From positions 373,674,001 through 373,738,000 of the forward strand of contig OZ024740.1 in assembly GCA_964016885.1 (NCBI GenBank): a DNA stretch of 64,000 bases. Reading direction: 5' to 3'. Every line of letters starts with the position of its first letter. Within the stretch, counting starts at the first letter, position 1. The notes beneath the pieces are model-generated. The model was given only the letters and a program-made list of their open reading frames with translations, was not told where the DNA came from and searched no databases. A program made the translations under genes and the position numbers. Of this stretch, positions 1 to 14,404 are shown piece after piece. Source of the DNA: Eledone cirrhosa. Lineage: Eukaryota.

Positions 1-14
1 ACAATCGCCACGCA

Positions 15-502
15 GTTTATCTGTCTGTGTGCAGTCTGTCAGTCTAATATACACAGAGTTATGAACGGAGTAAACAGGGACCTTTCTTTAAATTGACGGA
101 CATCTTTTATATTTATTATTGTGTCATTTTTTATACAGTATGTAAATGTGTCAGTGTAGAGACATGTGTGTGTGTGATGTGTGTGGAAATAAGAGGGGAA
201 GGAAAGCAATAACTATTAACATGAGTGCGTGTGCGTGTGCATGTATATGCACGTATGATTATGTGTGTGTGCGTGCGTGCAGCGTTCCACAGAAAGTAAA
301 AACTATCAACATGTGTGAGTGTGTGTGTGTGTAAGTTTGCATGCGTGTGCGCGTGTCCATGCCTGTATGTGTGTGGCGATCCAGTTTATCTGTCTGTGTG
401 CCTGTCTATCGGTCTAACATACATATAGTTTTGAAGGGAGTAAATAAGGACATTTTTTTTACATTGACGGACATCTTTTATATTTATTATTGTGTCATTT
501 TT
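15..502 (+). repeat. Direct repeat (~120-bp unit, ~370-bp period) in Helitron 5' region
   Basis: gtttatctgtctgtgtg...attgacggacatcttttatatttattattgtgtcattttt at ~15-132 and ~384-502. Confidence 0.85.
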
Positions 503-508
503 TGACAA

Positions 509-3500
509 TTGCTTGAAATGAATACTGATAATAAAAGCAATTCGATTTTATCAAACAGTGAACTACAGCGGCGACGGCGTGCAGCCAGCAATGAAGAAAA
601 ACGGGCCGAACAGCGCCATCGGAACGCCGAACTTCAGAATGAAGAGGAGCTGGCTGAACACGCAATGAAACACTGGAGCAAAGCAGCGACGGCGTGCTGC
701 GATGGTTGAAGACAAACTGGCTGAGCATCATCAGCAAATGGCCAGAATTCAGCAGCAACCGCGTGCTGTGATGGATGAAGAAGAGCTGGCTGAACAGCGC
801 CAGCGTAATACAGAAGTTCAGAGAATGTGTCGCCAAAGTGCTCCTCATTCCAGTAAAGAGGCCAGAAGGCGAATGAATGATATTAAAAATGGATCATGGC
901 AACCGTGTCATTTTCGGATTGGTGGACGAGCAGAGTTTCCACATTGTGGAGCATTGCTTTGGAGGCACGAAAAGACGTGTACGACAATGTGTGGTAATAA
1001 ACGAGCAGTTCAACTAGAACCCCTTCGAATGCCGGATAATGAGGAGTCACCGGAGTTTTAAATACTTATTATGTGGGATGATCAAGGAGACTGGGGTAGA
1101 TTACTGCGCAAATATTCGCGGCAACTTAACAATTTATTAGCTTTAGCATCGCAGAGAGTTAGTGAGATGTTTGAGAGTGGAGCATGGCAACCGAATGTAG
1201 TCATTCAAGGCCGTTTGTATCATTGTATCGGTAATTTAGAAGTTACCCCAGGAGAAATTTACGTTAACGATCTAGATTATAGTGAATCGGAGGAGGATAT
1301 CAGCATCGGTTGGATGAAGTTGCCGGGAAATATGACTGAACTTGAACGGCGAAGGTTAAGTGATTTGATCCGTGATTTGCAATCATGGCTTAGACAGTGT
1401 AATCCTTATGTTATGGATTTCATGTTGGTGGCTGAACTGCAAAATGTTCAGCAGCAAACATTGGTGATTAAAGCTGACACAGTGCCAAGGAATCAACACG
1501 AACGCGATATAATGCCCCTGAACGATTTCGTGAAATTGCTGTGTTGATGGACGATAAGCCTGGATCGAGAGATATCGTCCTCAATTGCAGAGATGGTGGT
1601 CTAAACACTATCAATGAGTCAAATAGGACATACGATCCATTGCATTATCTTCATTTATCCCCAAAAGGTGAAAATGGATGGAACATGTCTGCTCATTTAG
1701 ATGATCATGAGAATTAGCATCAACAGTGAGGTGGCAATAGACACAATAATTCGATTCGCAACTTTTGCACGTTCCATTTGAACGAGAGGAATCAACAGAG
1801 AAATGCGCTATTTCAAGCCAGCAGATTGTTCCAGGAATACTGTTGTATGGCATTCGCAAAGATCGAAAATCAAAGGCTAAATTGTATAATAATATACAGG
1901 ATGCGATAACAGCCGATGATGCCAATTAAAAGCAAATTGGTCGAAGCATTATTTTGTCATTGGCGGCCCAAGATATATGAACATTCGCTATCAGGATCCA
2001 ATGTCTATTGTCAGAAATTTGGAAAGCCAGATTTGGTAATAACGGTTACATGCAATCCTGAATGGACTGATATTAAGGATGCACTTTTACCAGGACAAAA
2101 GCCAAAGGACCGTCCTGATATTGTGGCAAGTGTATTCAAAGGATATCTGAAAAAGATAATGGATGATGTGGAAAAAGAGGGAATCTTTTGAGGTATAGTT
2201 GCTTTTACATACGTAATTGAATTCCAAAAAGATGTTTGCCACATGCACATTTGCTGATCATTTTACATAGAGATTGTAAATTAAGATATGTTGAGGATGT
2301 CGACAGCATTGTGTGTGCTGAACTGCCTCAAAATGAGGCACTACGCAACTTGGTGGCAAAGTCAATGGTGCACAACCAATGCGGAGTGGCAAATCGGAAA
2401 GCGCCTTGCATTAAAAATGACCAATGCAGTAAGCACTTTCCGAAATCTTTTGTCACGAACACTTCCTGGTACGATTGGGATGCTGATCCCTCATACAGAA
2501 GACGGTTGCCTGCAGATGGTGGTTTGGTCGAAACTGTAAACGGTCGACAGGTTAGAAATCAATGGGTTGTGCCATACAATCCATATTTGATTATGAAATA
2601 TCGTTGTCATATTAATGTGTAAATTTGAAGCTCAGTTAAAGCTTGCAAATATCTATTCAAATATGTTTACAAAGGTCACTATCGGGCAATGATCAATGTC
2701 ACAAATGAGGAAGCGAACCAAGGAGATGTAGTTTGAAGGTTCTAGGATGTTCGCTCGATTGGATCTAGCTAGCTTGCTGGAGATTGTTCGATTTTGTTCT
2801 CAATTAAACGCAAACCCAGCGTTCAGAAACTGACGGTCCACTTAGAGAATAGCCAAATGGTCTGTTTTCAGGACACTAGAAGAGGTGTCGAAATAATTGC
2901 TGAATCACCACCTCCTAAGACGGAATTGACTGAGTGGTTTAAGCATAATAGGGAACATGCTTTGAACCCGGATCAAAAGCAACTCTACAGGCGATTTCCC
3001 TTCGCACTATACGTTGGATAAGAAGGGAAAGACATGGAATGGTAGAAAACAAAAGTTGAGATTCATGACTATTGGACGGGTTTGTAATGTCCATCCAGCA
3101 TCTGGTGATGTGTTTTATCTCCTAATTATGTTACATAAGGATTTTTTGAGAGGGACCCAGAGCTTCGCTGATTTGAAAACAAGCAATGGCGTGGAATATG
3201 AAACATACCAGGCTGTATGTCAGCATCTGGGACTCCTTCAGGATGACGCTGAATGGAATAACGCCGTGGAAGCTGCATGAACAACACATATGCCAGCTCA
3301 AATAAGGCAGTTGTTTGTCACGATTCTAGGATTCTGCAATCCTGTCGATCCAAGAGAGTTATTTGAACGCCATTGGGGAATTATAGCTGATGATTTTATG
3401 CATCATCTTCAGATCGATGATGGAAATTTGATGAAAGCTATTGTTTTGCTCAATATTGAGCAACAGCTTGAAGTTCATTTCAAATGTTTAAAATATTTCA

Positions 3501-5018
3501 ATTTGCCAATTCCTGATGAAGATATACGGCAACGTGTCTTAGCATTGAAAAGGAGATTGCAGCTTAGACGGTTGCCACTCGATCGGAGGGAACTCTTCCA
3601 GTTTGAACCACTGGAACATCAACGTATTTTGGATGAACGTATGCAAATGTTGACCCAATCTCAGAGAGAATTGGTCGATGGCGTTCTCCATTCGAGTTCC
3701 ACTAATGAGAAAATTTGTGCTTTCATAGATGCTCCATGAGGCACCGGAAAAACATTCTGTTTCAACACTATGTTATGGCAGTCAGAGCTCAGAGGAAGAT
3801 TGCTCTCCCTGTGGCCACCAGTGGGATTGCTGGCACTTTGCTGAGTGGTGGAAGGTTCTTCCACTCATGCTTCAAGGCTCCATTGGCTCCGGATGAGTTG
3901 AGTGTATGTAACATTACAGGACAGAGTGAACTCGAGAGCCTTATACGCAATATGTCTCTGATTATTTGAGACGAGGCTCCAATGGCACACAGATATTTGC
4001 TGAAGGCATTGGACATAATTTTTAGAGATATCTGCGGTAGTGACCTGCCATTCGGTGGTAAGACTGTCGTTCTCGGTGGCGATTTCAGACAGGTGCTACC
4101 AATTGTTAGGAATAAGAGCGCAAATTGTGATGCATATCTGAAAATGTCCCCGTTGTGGCGCCATTTCAGAGTTTTGCGATTACACGATAATATGCGACTT
4201 CGTATATTCGGGTAAAACGAAGAGGCTGAGACATACTTCCGATGGTTGATGCAGTTGGGAAACGATGAATAGCCACACGTTGGTGATAATCAGACTGTAA
4301 GAATCCCAGACCATTTGGTCATGTCACTGGACTGCCAAGCATTGATTGACTGGGTGTTCCCTAATTTGAATGATTTTTGGCAGAATATCTCCTGGATATC
4401 GGAACGCCTTATTCTAACTCATACGAATGCAACGGTTGATGAAATAAATGCACAAGTAGCCGGAATGTTTCCTGGAGAGGAATGGTTGACCGTCAGTGCG
4501 GATGTAATGGAGCCTAATCAGCAGAACAATATGGATGTTCCGACAAGTATCTGAATTCACTTCAAATACCCGGATTTCCCCCACTTTTTTTGAGGTTGAA
4601 AAAGGGTATGCCGATTATATTGCTTAGAAATGTCAATCATAAAATGGGTTTTTGCAATGGTACCAGATTGATTGTTGAGAGATTGATTAACGGAAGAGGT
4701 TTAGAAGCTGAACTCCCAGACAGAGAGGAATCGGTTCTCATTCCGAGGATCATGCTGAGACCAAGTGAAGTTCTGCTGCCATTCATTTGGCAAAGGAGAC
4801 AGTTTCCCCTCAATTTCGCCTTCTCCATGACTGTCAACAAGGCACAGGGACAGACTTTAAAGCGAGTCCGTGTCTACTTGAATGATGCAGCAGTCAGCCA
4901 TGGGCAACTGTATGTTACTGCATCTCGTGTGTGCAATCCGTATGGTATAACATTTGCAATGGATACCACTAACAGAGGAACAACCCTGAATATTGTCTAT
5001 AATGAAGCTTTGAACTGA
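509..5018 (+). pseudogene. Helitron Rep/helicase (HUH endonuclease + PIF1-family helicase), many stops and frameshifts
   Basis: Rep motifs LVITVTCNPEW, IEFQK/PHAHLL, KYLFKYVYKG. Helicase motifs [77 protein letters not shown]. Confidence 0.95.
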
Positions 5019-5049
5019 TGTATGCATATCTTTAATGCTATCAATAAGC

Positions 5050-5383
5050 GACGTAAATGATTCGGACATTGGTGTCATTTGATCAGTATTGTGAGCTTTG
5101 ACAGAGTTATCAGTTATGTTCAATATCATTTAATGTCGTTATGAGCAATAAAAACAAACAAGTATTGCTAAATATTGCTTTCACTGCTATGTTGCGCAAT
5201 AAATACCAACAAGTATTGGTAGAAATTGCCTTCACTGCTATTAATATTCGACGTAAATGATTCAGACATTCGTGTCCTTTGATCAGTATTGTGAGCTTTG
5301 ACAGAGTTATCAGTTATGTTCAATGTCAGTTATTGTCGATAATGAGCAATAAAAACCAACAAGTAGTGGTAGAGATTGCCTTC
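5050..5383 (+). repeat. ~200-bp-period duplication in Helitron 3' region
   Basis: gacgtaaatgattc...tttgatcagtattgtgagctttgacagagttatcagttatgttcaat at ~5050 and ~5250. Confidence 0.85.
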
Positions 5384-5767
5384 AAAATTATCGCTTCTGA
5401 TAGCGGTGGTAATAAAACCTCATCATACTGAGTCTGGCAAAAAGTTTGGTGCCTATGGCCGGCCAGGGCTAGAGTAATATTGATAAACAATTCTATTTTC
5501 GAAGTAGAAGGATCCGCATTTGGAGTTCATACCAGGCCACCTCCCCGAGGTAAACGCTGGGCCATATTGACTGTCTATTACTCAGTGGCTAAGAGCCTGG
5601 AAATTACTGAATAAATGTTTGTCATATAATTTGTTGTTTTATTATTATAGCTGACCACTTATAGATAAGCATGTTATCAATATCCATATTAATTTGGCAT
5701 TTGCATAAACCATTTCAAGTAAATAGGGACCTTTTTTTACATTGACGGACATCTTTTATATTAATTA

Positions 5768-6125
5768 TCTATATCTATATCTATATATATATAAAAGATT
5801 GGAACTTCAATCATCCTTTTGAGAAACGGGGAACGACCACGTATATGCAATGATGCACGTGTTACAGTCAGGCAGAAGATGAACCATCTCCTAGAGGTCA
5901 CAATTCTAGGTGGGAGAACCTATAATTGTTCATATACTATGCACAATCGGTACAACGAAGAATCTGGTATATCTGGAAGATTTTGTTTACTGTTTTTGGT
6001 ATCACACAGACACCACTGACTCGCCTCATACTGTAATGAGACACACATCCAACACAGTCATTTTCTCTTTTACCTGTCTTCTCTTATCATCTGTTTACCC
6101 GGGCGAAGCTGTGTACGTCAGCTAG
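5768..6125 (+). mobile_element. Complete non-autonomous mini-Helitron carrying a helicase remnant
   Basis: A|TCTATATC 5' end, 3' hairpin acccgggcgaagctgtgt then CTAG|T. Internal PRICNDARVTVRQKMNHLLEVTILGG resembles the helicase LCNGTRL region. Confidence 0.8.
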
Positions 6126-6483
6126 TAAATGTAATGTTAAAAAAATAAAAAGAATTATACAGCGTCGCGAACGAACTAATGAGAAATTTATAAATACTAG
6201 ATTTGCAGACTATAATTTAAAATTCAATTGTGATTATTTGTTAAATTGGAAACGAAACTAACTTCTACAATAACAATTTCGAACAGAAATGATGTTGCGC
6301 ATTAGAAACTTATAATTACTATCCAGTAATTGAATTAGTAAAATATGTAAAACACTCTAGTGATTTAGCCCACATGCATTGAAACGTGTATGAATCACAT
6401 TGAAAAACAAAAAAAAATAATGACAAGGATAATAACACATGCACCAAGAAGCTTATAATCAAAGATGCAAGCAAATGCGCATG

Positions 6484-6573
<90 letters not shown>

Positions 6574-6575
6574 TA

Positions 6576-6611
<36 letters not shown>

Positions 6612-6616
<5 letters not shown>

Positions 6617-7010
6617 ACCTGCTGATAGGTGGTATATTGCCATAGAGATCCTTATTTGTTGGGTGTTTCCTCCAAGACACGTTTAAAGCAGCACGGACCA
6701 AACGTGTGTATGTCCCGTCTAGCTTTTTCCCAGTCTGATGTTAACTATCAGCAGGTCAATACGTGGACAGAAACTGAGATTTGCTAGCCACTGTTGGCGC
6801 AGCAAGGAAGAAATAGCAGGTTATGTGTTTTTATGGAATTCATCTCATGGAACAAGAAACACTGGTCATCCCAAGAAGACATATGTCAAGCAACTTGAGG
6901 ACGATACTGGATGCGCTGCGGAAGAACTGGCAAGCGGTATGAGAGACAGAGATGGATGGAGGAAAACTGTCGTAGAAAGCCGAGCAAGCTCGACCTGATG
7001 ATGGTGATAT
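6612..7010 (+). mobile_element. 5'-truncated, 5'-inverted RTE-type LINE 3' end
   Basis: + strand ISRSIRGQKLRFASHCWRSKEE...MRDRDGWR with (TGA)n tail. The upstream part [38 protein letters not shown] lies on the - strand at 6612-6735. Confidence 0.85.
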
Positions 7011-7015
7011 ATATA

Positions 7016-7106
<91 letters not shown>

Positions 7107-7166
7107 GTATATATATATATATATGTATATAACGGGACACAGAAATACACGTTTACCTACACACAC

Positions 7167-7204
<38 letters not shown>

Positions 7205-10200
7205 GTTTGTGTGTGTGTGTGTGTATCTATGTGTGTACATGTGTGTTTGTATAGCTGTGTGTGTCTCCATTCCGTTTAAATTGTATTCCAGCTGCTCTAA
7301 ATATATGCTTCTGTGGTTTGTTTGTTTGCCATGTGCAAACCTGTGTATTAGCTCACATAGTTTATAAATCGCGTAAGAACCATTCATATATCCGCGAGAA
7401 ATACCAATTATCATTTAGCCATTAGATAAGTCTTTCCGTGGACCATATAAGAACAGTTTTGATTGGGATACTTAGATATATTGCAGCGGTTATAACCTAG
7501 ATACACATGTGCGTTGACCGTGTCACTTTGAAACTGATAAAATGGTATCTAACTGAAACAAATACATGAAAAAGTCAGTGGAAAACCACTCAAGATTTCT
7601 TCCAGGAAATAACCATGGCAAGCATAAGAACGGGCCATGAAATCTCCAATGAACGTTCCGTGGTTTGTTGGTGTAAATTGTACAAGAGAAATGTACGGAA
7701 AAAACTTGATCACGAAAAAAAAGTAGAAATCATTTTACAAATAAATATATATATATAAATATATTGTTCCACATAAAAGTAAATTCAACGGATAAATAAT
7801 GTGTAGTGTCTGATTAAATGCTCTAAATGATTACTATATATACTTGTTTATTTATAGTTTACATATTCAGAATATAGATATGCAGCACTAAAAAAGTCTA
7901 TTGAAATATATGACTTTCGCAATGCAGTTTACTCATAATATAACGTATATCTTAAAGACATTACCAAAAGGCCAGCATATTATAATTTGTCAACATGTCA
8001 ATAGAAATCTGCTTCTAAACTCCGATAATAACTGCATATTAATATTGTAAATGTTTCTCAGGCTACACTTTGTTCTATTTTGCTGATCTCGAGATAAATC
8101 TGTGCTGTTTACTTGTTGCGGTTTCTATTTTTGTTTCACTTTCTGATACCAGACATAACCATTCATTTCATTATTTGAAATGTACTTCTCAACAAGTACT
8201 ATGACATGATTAAATATAGTTTTCCAATATGATACTACAAGAAGGCTATTGTGTATCAGCGGCATTGTTCAAGAACTATGGTAGTACAAATCAGTAAACA
8301 TAATTGCAACTGTCAAAGTGTTGATATTTCACCTGAGTGTCATGGCTGGAATTTCTATATTTTGGGAATTATGTTTAACGCTAGAATATATGGCTGGTGT
8401 CCGTATATAAAGAATTGAACCGTGTTCGTGTAAGCCGGTTGCACAGTACATTATTTATTCGGGTTGTATTTAAGCATTAGTTTCACAATTATTCTGTTAC
8501 ACACTTTACGGCTTTTCAAAAGACTCGGAGGACAACGAAATATATATTTTAGTCTTATTTTAGAACAGGCTCTCTTCGACAACTACATTCCTTCTTAAAG
8601 AAGTTTAATTAACAAGTTTCCCTTTTAAACCCCACTAAAATGAAAATATTATGAACTACAAAAAAGCAGAATACTATAATTGGAAAAATTACCATGAAGT
8701 GTGTTTTGATACAGAGACAAGAATTTTAAAAATTCTATATCCGCAAATATTCTGATACGTTACATTTCATGAAGCACTTTTTTGTCAGACAAAATGGCTT
8801 ATTGGAACCCCAACCCAGCTCCCATGCAATGCAAGTATAACAAGAGAATTGTAAAATAATTGTAATTAAATTAATTATCTTCATCTGGAATTGTTTCATT
8901 TGAAATACTAAACGGTCATATAAATCGATCTTGGTCCGCTTTGTCAGATTAATTTAGAATCTGATTGTAAATATCATGAAACAATTTCAGTTAATCTTCA
9001 GAAATGAAAATTATGTATTAAAAGGTCAGAGAAGGATTCTTTTGTGAACATTGCCATCTGTATATCATTTTCTTATCTTGACATTCATAATGAAATTTCT
9101 ATACACCAAGTATTCAAATATCTTTTTACAAGATGGGTGGGGTTGGGGAGGAATATAAAAGTCATTTGAGTTTGCTTGTCGTTGCATGCTTAGCAACAAC
9201 ATTTTGTAACTAATTTCAGCTGCAATTGGCAGTAATTATGGAAACAGAAGTGGAAAACCTTTTGAATATGTGACAATCATAATGATGCTGATAAATCCCA
9301 AACATACTTTCCCAATATTCCAATTAAATTAAATTAGTTCGCCCAGAAATATAAACTAATTTAGCAAACACTGATCTTTGCAAAGCAGTCGATTCTAAGC
9401 TCGTTTAATTCAATCAGATTAATTTGATAACTAAATATTATATGTAAACTATGGTAGATGAAGCACATGATACATCGACACTGATGATATATGACATTGC
9501 GCAACTAAAGATTAATATTTTCGTGGGTCCAACATATTATGAAAATTGGAAATATGAGGATGGGGCTTCCGTGTTAATATAATTAGCTTGAAATCATTTC
9601 ATCTATCATGTGTTGAAAAGTTAGTAACAAAAATACCGATTAAATTAAATAAGTTAATGAGACATTTCAAATGTATATAGAAATAATATGTACAACATGT
9701 ATGTTAGAGAAGTTGTGTGTATTCACAATTACAAACAATTAAAATGAGAAACACATGTTCTGTAAGAAAGATAAAAAATGATGTGTTGAAGTTTGACAGT
9801 GAGAATGATTAAAGAAAAATAGAATAGGAAGAAAAATGCAAATAATCTGACATTACCAAATTATCTTTGGAATATTTCTGCATCGAAATGTTTTAATATA
9901 CTAGAACCGTCCTATTTTTGCGTTTCAGTATTTCTTCCTTGTTATTTTATAATCTGGTTAACACTTTCAATATTTCTACATATCTGGTTATGAAAGCTCC
10001 ATATTTTTCTAAGGAAGAGATTAAGTATGTTGTTGTACATCATTATGCTTGGATAGATCTAGATATATATGGGTAATTCGGGACGATGTTTGCAGAAATG
10101 ACAGCATCGTATAAATACGTAGTCGACGTTAAGAGGATGAATATTTGGATCGGTATCAATATAGGTATTTGAAAGCACAACCGGATCATGGCCACTGTCT

Positions 10201-10609
10201 ACTGAACCGGTGATGGAATAAAATGATAAATCAAAGTCGAATTAGAAATGATGAGATCATTAATTAGAAAGTGTTGTTGATTTTACATACGAGAAAGCAT
10301 TTAATATATTTCTGGAAGCCTCGGAATATACAATGCAATGTCAAAGTTCTGATTATAAATTCAATAAATAACATCTATGACATTGGCGACTTTGTTTAAA
10401 ATATGACACGTATATATATATTGAACCTATTATGTAGAGAAGGACCACCGAGACCACTGCTTTTATACTATTTTAGTTAAAACTCACGTAAACAATATGC
10501 ATTCATATTTGATTGACATTTCTTGTATCCCAGGTAATTTATATTCTACAATAATTAATCCACTTTTGTTTGTGTATGTGTGTGCATACATATATGTATG
10601 TATGTAGAG

Positions 10610-10955
10610 AGGGTGGATATAGAACTCGACACACCCGACACTCGCATGAGGAGACTGTTCCACAGCCACCAACTCACATACAGTGATGTCCGCACACTTT
10701 CTATTTATCGTATCAACAATTCAGAAGTGTGTATGAGAGCGCATGTGGTCTGTAAGATAGACATGTGAAAAGGTGGCTCGTCGTACATCGGAAGTACATC
10801 CGGATGCTGCACATACGGATCAAAGACCACATGACTACGATAGTTTCCTTTGTTAAAAAAACAACTTGACAGATGCTGAGGTCAGCATAGAATATAGGCA
10901 ATTTAAGAATCAATGAGGCCATTATCATCAGCAGAGGAAAAACACAAATTCTACT
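10610..10955 (+). mobile_element. Degenerate Penelope-like GIY-YIG endonuclease fragment
   Basis: Frameshifted CMRAHVVCKI / GSSYIGSTS / MLHIRIKDH / [11 protein letters not shown]. Confidence 0.7.
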
Positions 10956-10956
10956 T

Positions 10957-11031
<75 letters not shown>

Positions 11032-12913
11032 ATATACAAATATATATGTGTATGTATTTTGTATGTATTTATGTATTTATGTGTGTAGATAAAATAGCGT
11101 TACATACTGGAATTAAAACAAAACGGTATTTACTCTCCCACTATACATGTACTATAAAGGTCGAGTATACATCGAGTATACATGGTGTAAACATTTTTCA
11201 ATTCTGAGTTTTATCATCCCTATGACCAATATCCCAAATACACAAGTAAATGTTGACTTGTTGAAATTCATTATCTATATTCTATTATAAATGTGCATAA
11301 CTATGTATATATAATTGTTTCTACTTTTCGCACAATGATAACGAAATACACGTTGATCTATCCAAATGCAGCTTGTTCTGAATATTGCGGTTTGCGAAAA
11401 CGTGTTTAAAATTGCTCATTGACCATTCATATCACTTTCCTGGGGTGTAAAATGTTGAATCCACTATCTATAGCCATAGTGATAATCTAATAATAATGGA
11501 AGCTTTAGAGTAAGTATAGAGTGCAGAATACTCGCGGTAAGTATATAAAGCACATATCTGATAAAAATATTGCTTGAATAATAGCCGAAATTGTCAAATA
11601 TCTGAAAATGTTAAAGAGTGTTTGAAACAATAACTATATGTTCATACATCTAACCATATATCTATTCGTGTACAAGAGCAAAGGAAGTTGTCGTGTGTGT
11701 AAAATAAAGTATATTGACGTATCTAGTGAAACGCTGAACACTATTCTTCAGTCAAATGGGCTTACCATTTGCTGAGCGAAAGTAAAATGATATTTAAGGA
11801 ATATATTATTAAATATAAAATGTATGGCATCAGCTATTCATACTGAAATAAATACCTAACAATAATTACCCTTCTCCCTGTCGATTTTCAGTTTTATTCA
11901 TGTTGTAATCAATAGAATTAGTATCACTAATGTAGTTGTCGAGTTAAATTTGTAGGAGTGTACCAATTTATGAAATGCATTATTTAAACATGACATTAAC
12001 CGTAGCAGATGTACAAAATGTACTAAATAACCTATAACCTTGTACAAACACACGGAAATGATTAAAGCTTCGTATGCAATGAATGACAACTTAATCTTTT
12101 GACTGGCGATATGTGTAGACAAACACAGGCATTTCAATGGAATTCTAGTGACGTAAATTGAAGTTTGTTACTGCATATCCAAGATTAATGACGTAGACTA
12201 ATTGATATTGACGTAACGACATCAATTACACACAAACTAACGCAGACATACACAAACAAACACAGACACATACATTCACACACATGTAAACAACAAAATT
12301 CATTATAATCAATTTCCTTATAGACCAATATGTTGAAGATGCTATCTTTAACGCGAGCACACACACATATAGATGTTATAGAGTTAAGCACATTTGCCTA
12401 GATTCCATTTGCTCTCGGCAATAAAACAAGGGGTGTTTATTGATATGTATATCACGTTAATTAAGGAATCAGATAGCATTTGACGTCCATACGTATAAGA
12501 ATAGCCTCAAACGAATGGGATCACTAATACGATAATTGCTTCAGATAAAGAACAACTAATTAAGATATGACAAATGCATAGACAAACTCATTTACACATT
12601 AACCAAAATCAATAAACAACATGAAGCAGCGAATGTAGAAAATTTATGATTCGTATTTTCCATGTGATTGGTTGTAAAGAGTAAAATATCCGATGGCTAA
12701 TATTGCAGTAAATATATGTATAGAAATGAGGCAATAGGACCCACTTAAGAATTATCTTCATTGCTTGATTGGTTTATGACTTACATTAGGCGTTGTTGAT
12801 CGTTTTTGACAGAGATTATGGCCTGTATTATTGTGTGACCAATAGTCTGTTTATTCGACTTCATACGTTCTGCATCAAACAAGAACACACTTTCTAAATC
12901 AGCCACCTAATCA

Positions 12914-12954
<41 letters not shown>

Positions 12955-12999
12955 TTTGTTTTGCGAGGTTTTTGATATGAAATCGTGTGTCGAAACAAA

Positions 13000-14392
13000 T
13001 ATTGTTATACTTGGGGAGGATAATATGTTTGTGATAATATTGCCAGAATTAATAACAGAACACACTCACGGTTGGGTTGGTTTTCGCTTCTGTATCTTTT
13101 ATATCAGTTAATTCATTCGGTCCTCAATATTTACCATTGACTGACCAACGGTCAAAAATACAGATATAATATAGATATAAAAACATATATATAGTCTAAC
13201 AAAGTTCTTTCGGTGCACATCTGCAACATTGTCAGCGGTGCTATTATTTTCCTCCTGTTGTATTGTATATTTACGCCATCCATCTTTATTTAATGTTTAT
13301 TTATTTATTTATTTTTGCCTTCCACTCTGCGCATGATTTGTGTGTGTGTATAGTGTTTGGTGTGTGTTCGCGTTTGGGTGACTGTGTTTTGGTTATTATA
13401 TTCTATCTTAGTTTACTAGTATGTGATTATATTTGTTTGTTTATATTGTACTTGTGTATATATATATTTATTTATTTATATTTCTCTTAGATCAATAATG
13501 TTTGTTTGGGTGTTGTTTTTATTCCATTCATTATTTTCTGTTTAGCTTTGGCCTTCTAATTTCTATTCACTCGCCTCTCTGATTTGCCTATCTGCTGGGT
13601 CATTTCAATGTTTAGATGTTATTTTAATTTCTATGTTGTCTATGTTACCGTCATGTTGTTGTCTGGCGTGTTCGTATAGTACTGGACCGTTTTTCATCCT
13701 TTTAGTTCCCCCTGTGTTGGTCTATCCTTTCACCTATGCTGCGAGTTGCCTCGCCTATGTATGTTGTTGTCATGTATTCTGCAAGTACCTTCTGTACATC
13801 TTATGCTATAGACTACGTTACTAGTTTTACAGTTCATCCGGGGGTTTGCATTACATATAATACATTTCCTATTAGTACAGTGGGATTTTCTTAAAAGGGT
13901 ATGTTTTGCTGATCAGGCATTTTATGGTAGTTCCTGGCTTTTCTACCAACTTAATCTTTAAGTGGGTCTTTCTCACGGCCTTTCTACACTGGTTAGCTAA
14001 TTTCCCTCCAGGGGTAGCATCCACGAATATGACACTCTCGTATCTCTGGTTGTTGCCCCATGAGGTGAACTTCCCTATCTTATGTTTAGTCCCATTTAAG
14101 CTATTCAATGAGTTTCTCCTGTATAATGGGCAAATTCCTTTCATTTCCAGTTCTATAAGAGTCTTATACTTCTCTGTTGTTCCTTCGTATATTCTGATTA
14201 TGTCTCTTTGGTTGTAGCCAGAGAATTGCATGCGGTTGATGAAGTGTTGGATGTGTCTTTCCATTTCTGTTGGGTCGCACATGCGGGACACGTTCTTCAT
14301 CACTCGTACCATGTCTGCGATCAGAATATTAAACTTAGAACTACTGGAAATTGCTGAGTTTTTGAGTATCAGGTATTTGGAGGCCATGGGTT
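13000..14392 (-). mobile_element. 5'-truncated PLE (RT thumb, GIY-YIG, 3' UTR); same family as 47507-49667
   Basis: ORF 13872-14387 is nearly identical to the C-terminal half of ORF 47760-48896. YIGEATR motif present; shared terminus ccccaagtataacaata. Confidence 0.92.
13197..13240 (-). ncRNA. Degenerate minimal type I hammerhead motif
   Basis: caccg-CUGACAA-u-guugca gaug ugcacc-GAAA-gaac-UU-uguua; G8 mutated; homologous to 49420. Confidence 0.6.
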
Positions 14393-14404
14393 TATATATA
14401 TATG

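Larger units (their letters stand above)
1..5472 (+). mobile_element. Decayed autonomous-type Helitron; 5' end probably outside the window
   Basis: Colinear RepHel fragments 509-5018. Imperfect hairpin tggtgcc-tat-ggccggcca (5447-5465) followed by CTAG (5469-5472) is the tentative 3' end. Confidence 0.9.

Noticed and set aside
9478-9510. CTGATGA heptamer
   Set aside because: No stem II or properly placed GAAA; not a hammerhead.
7400-10400. Possible host exons in unique AT-rich sequence (also 28800-32000, 56200-57450, 61500-63400)
   Set aside because: No ORF or protein motif recognised; short exons cannot be excluded without transcript data.
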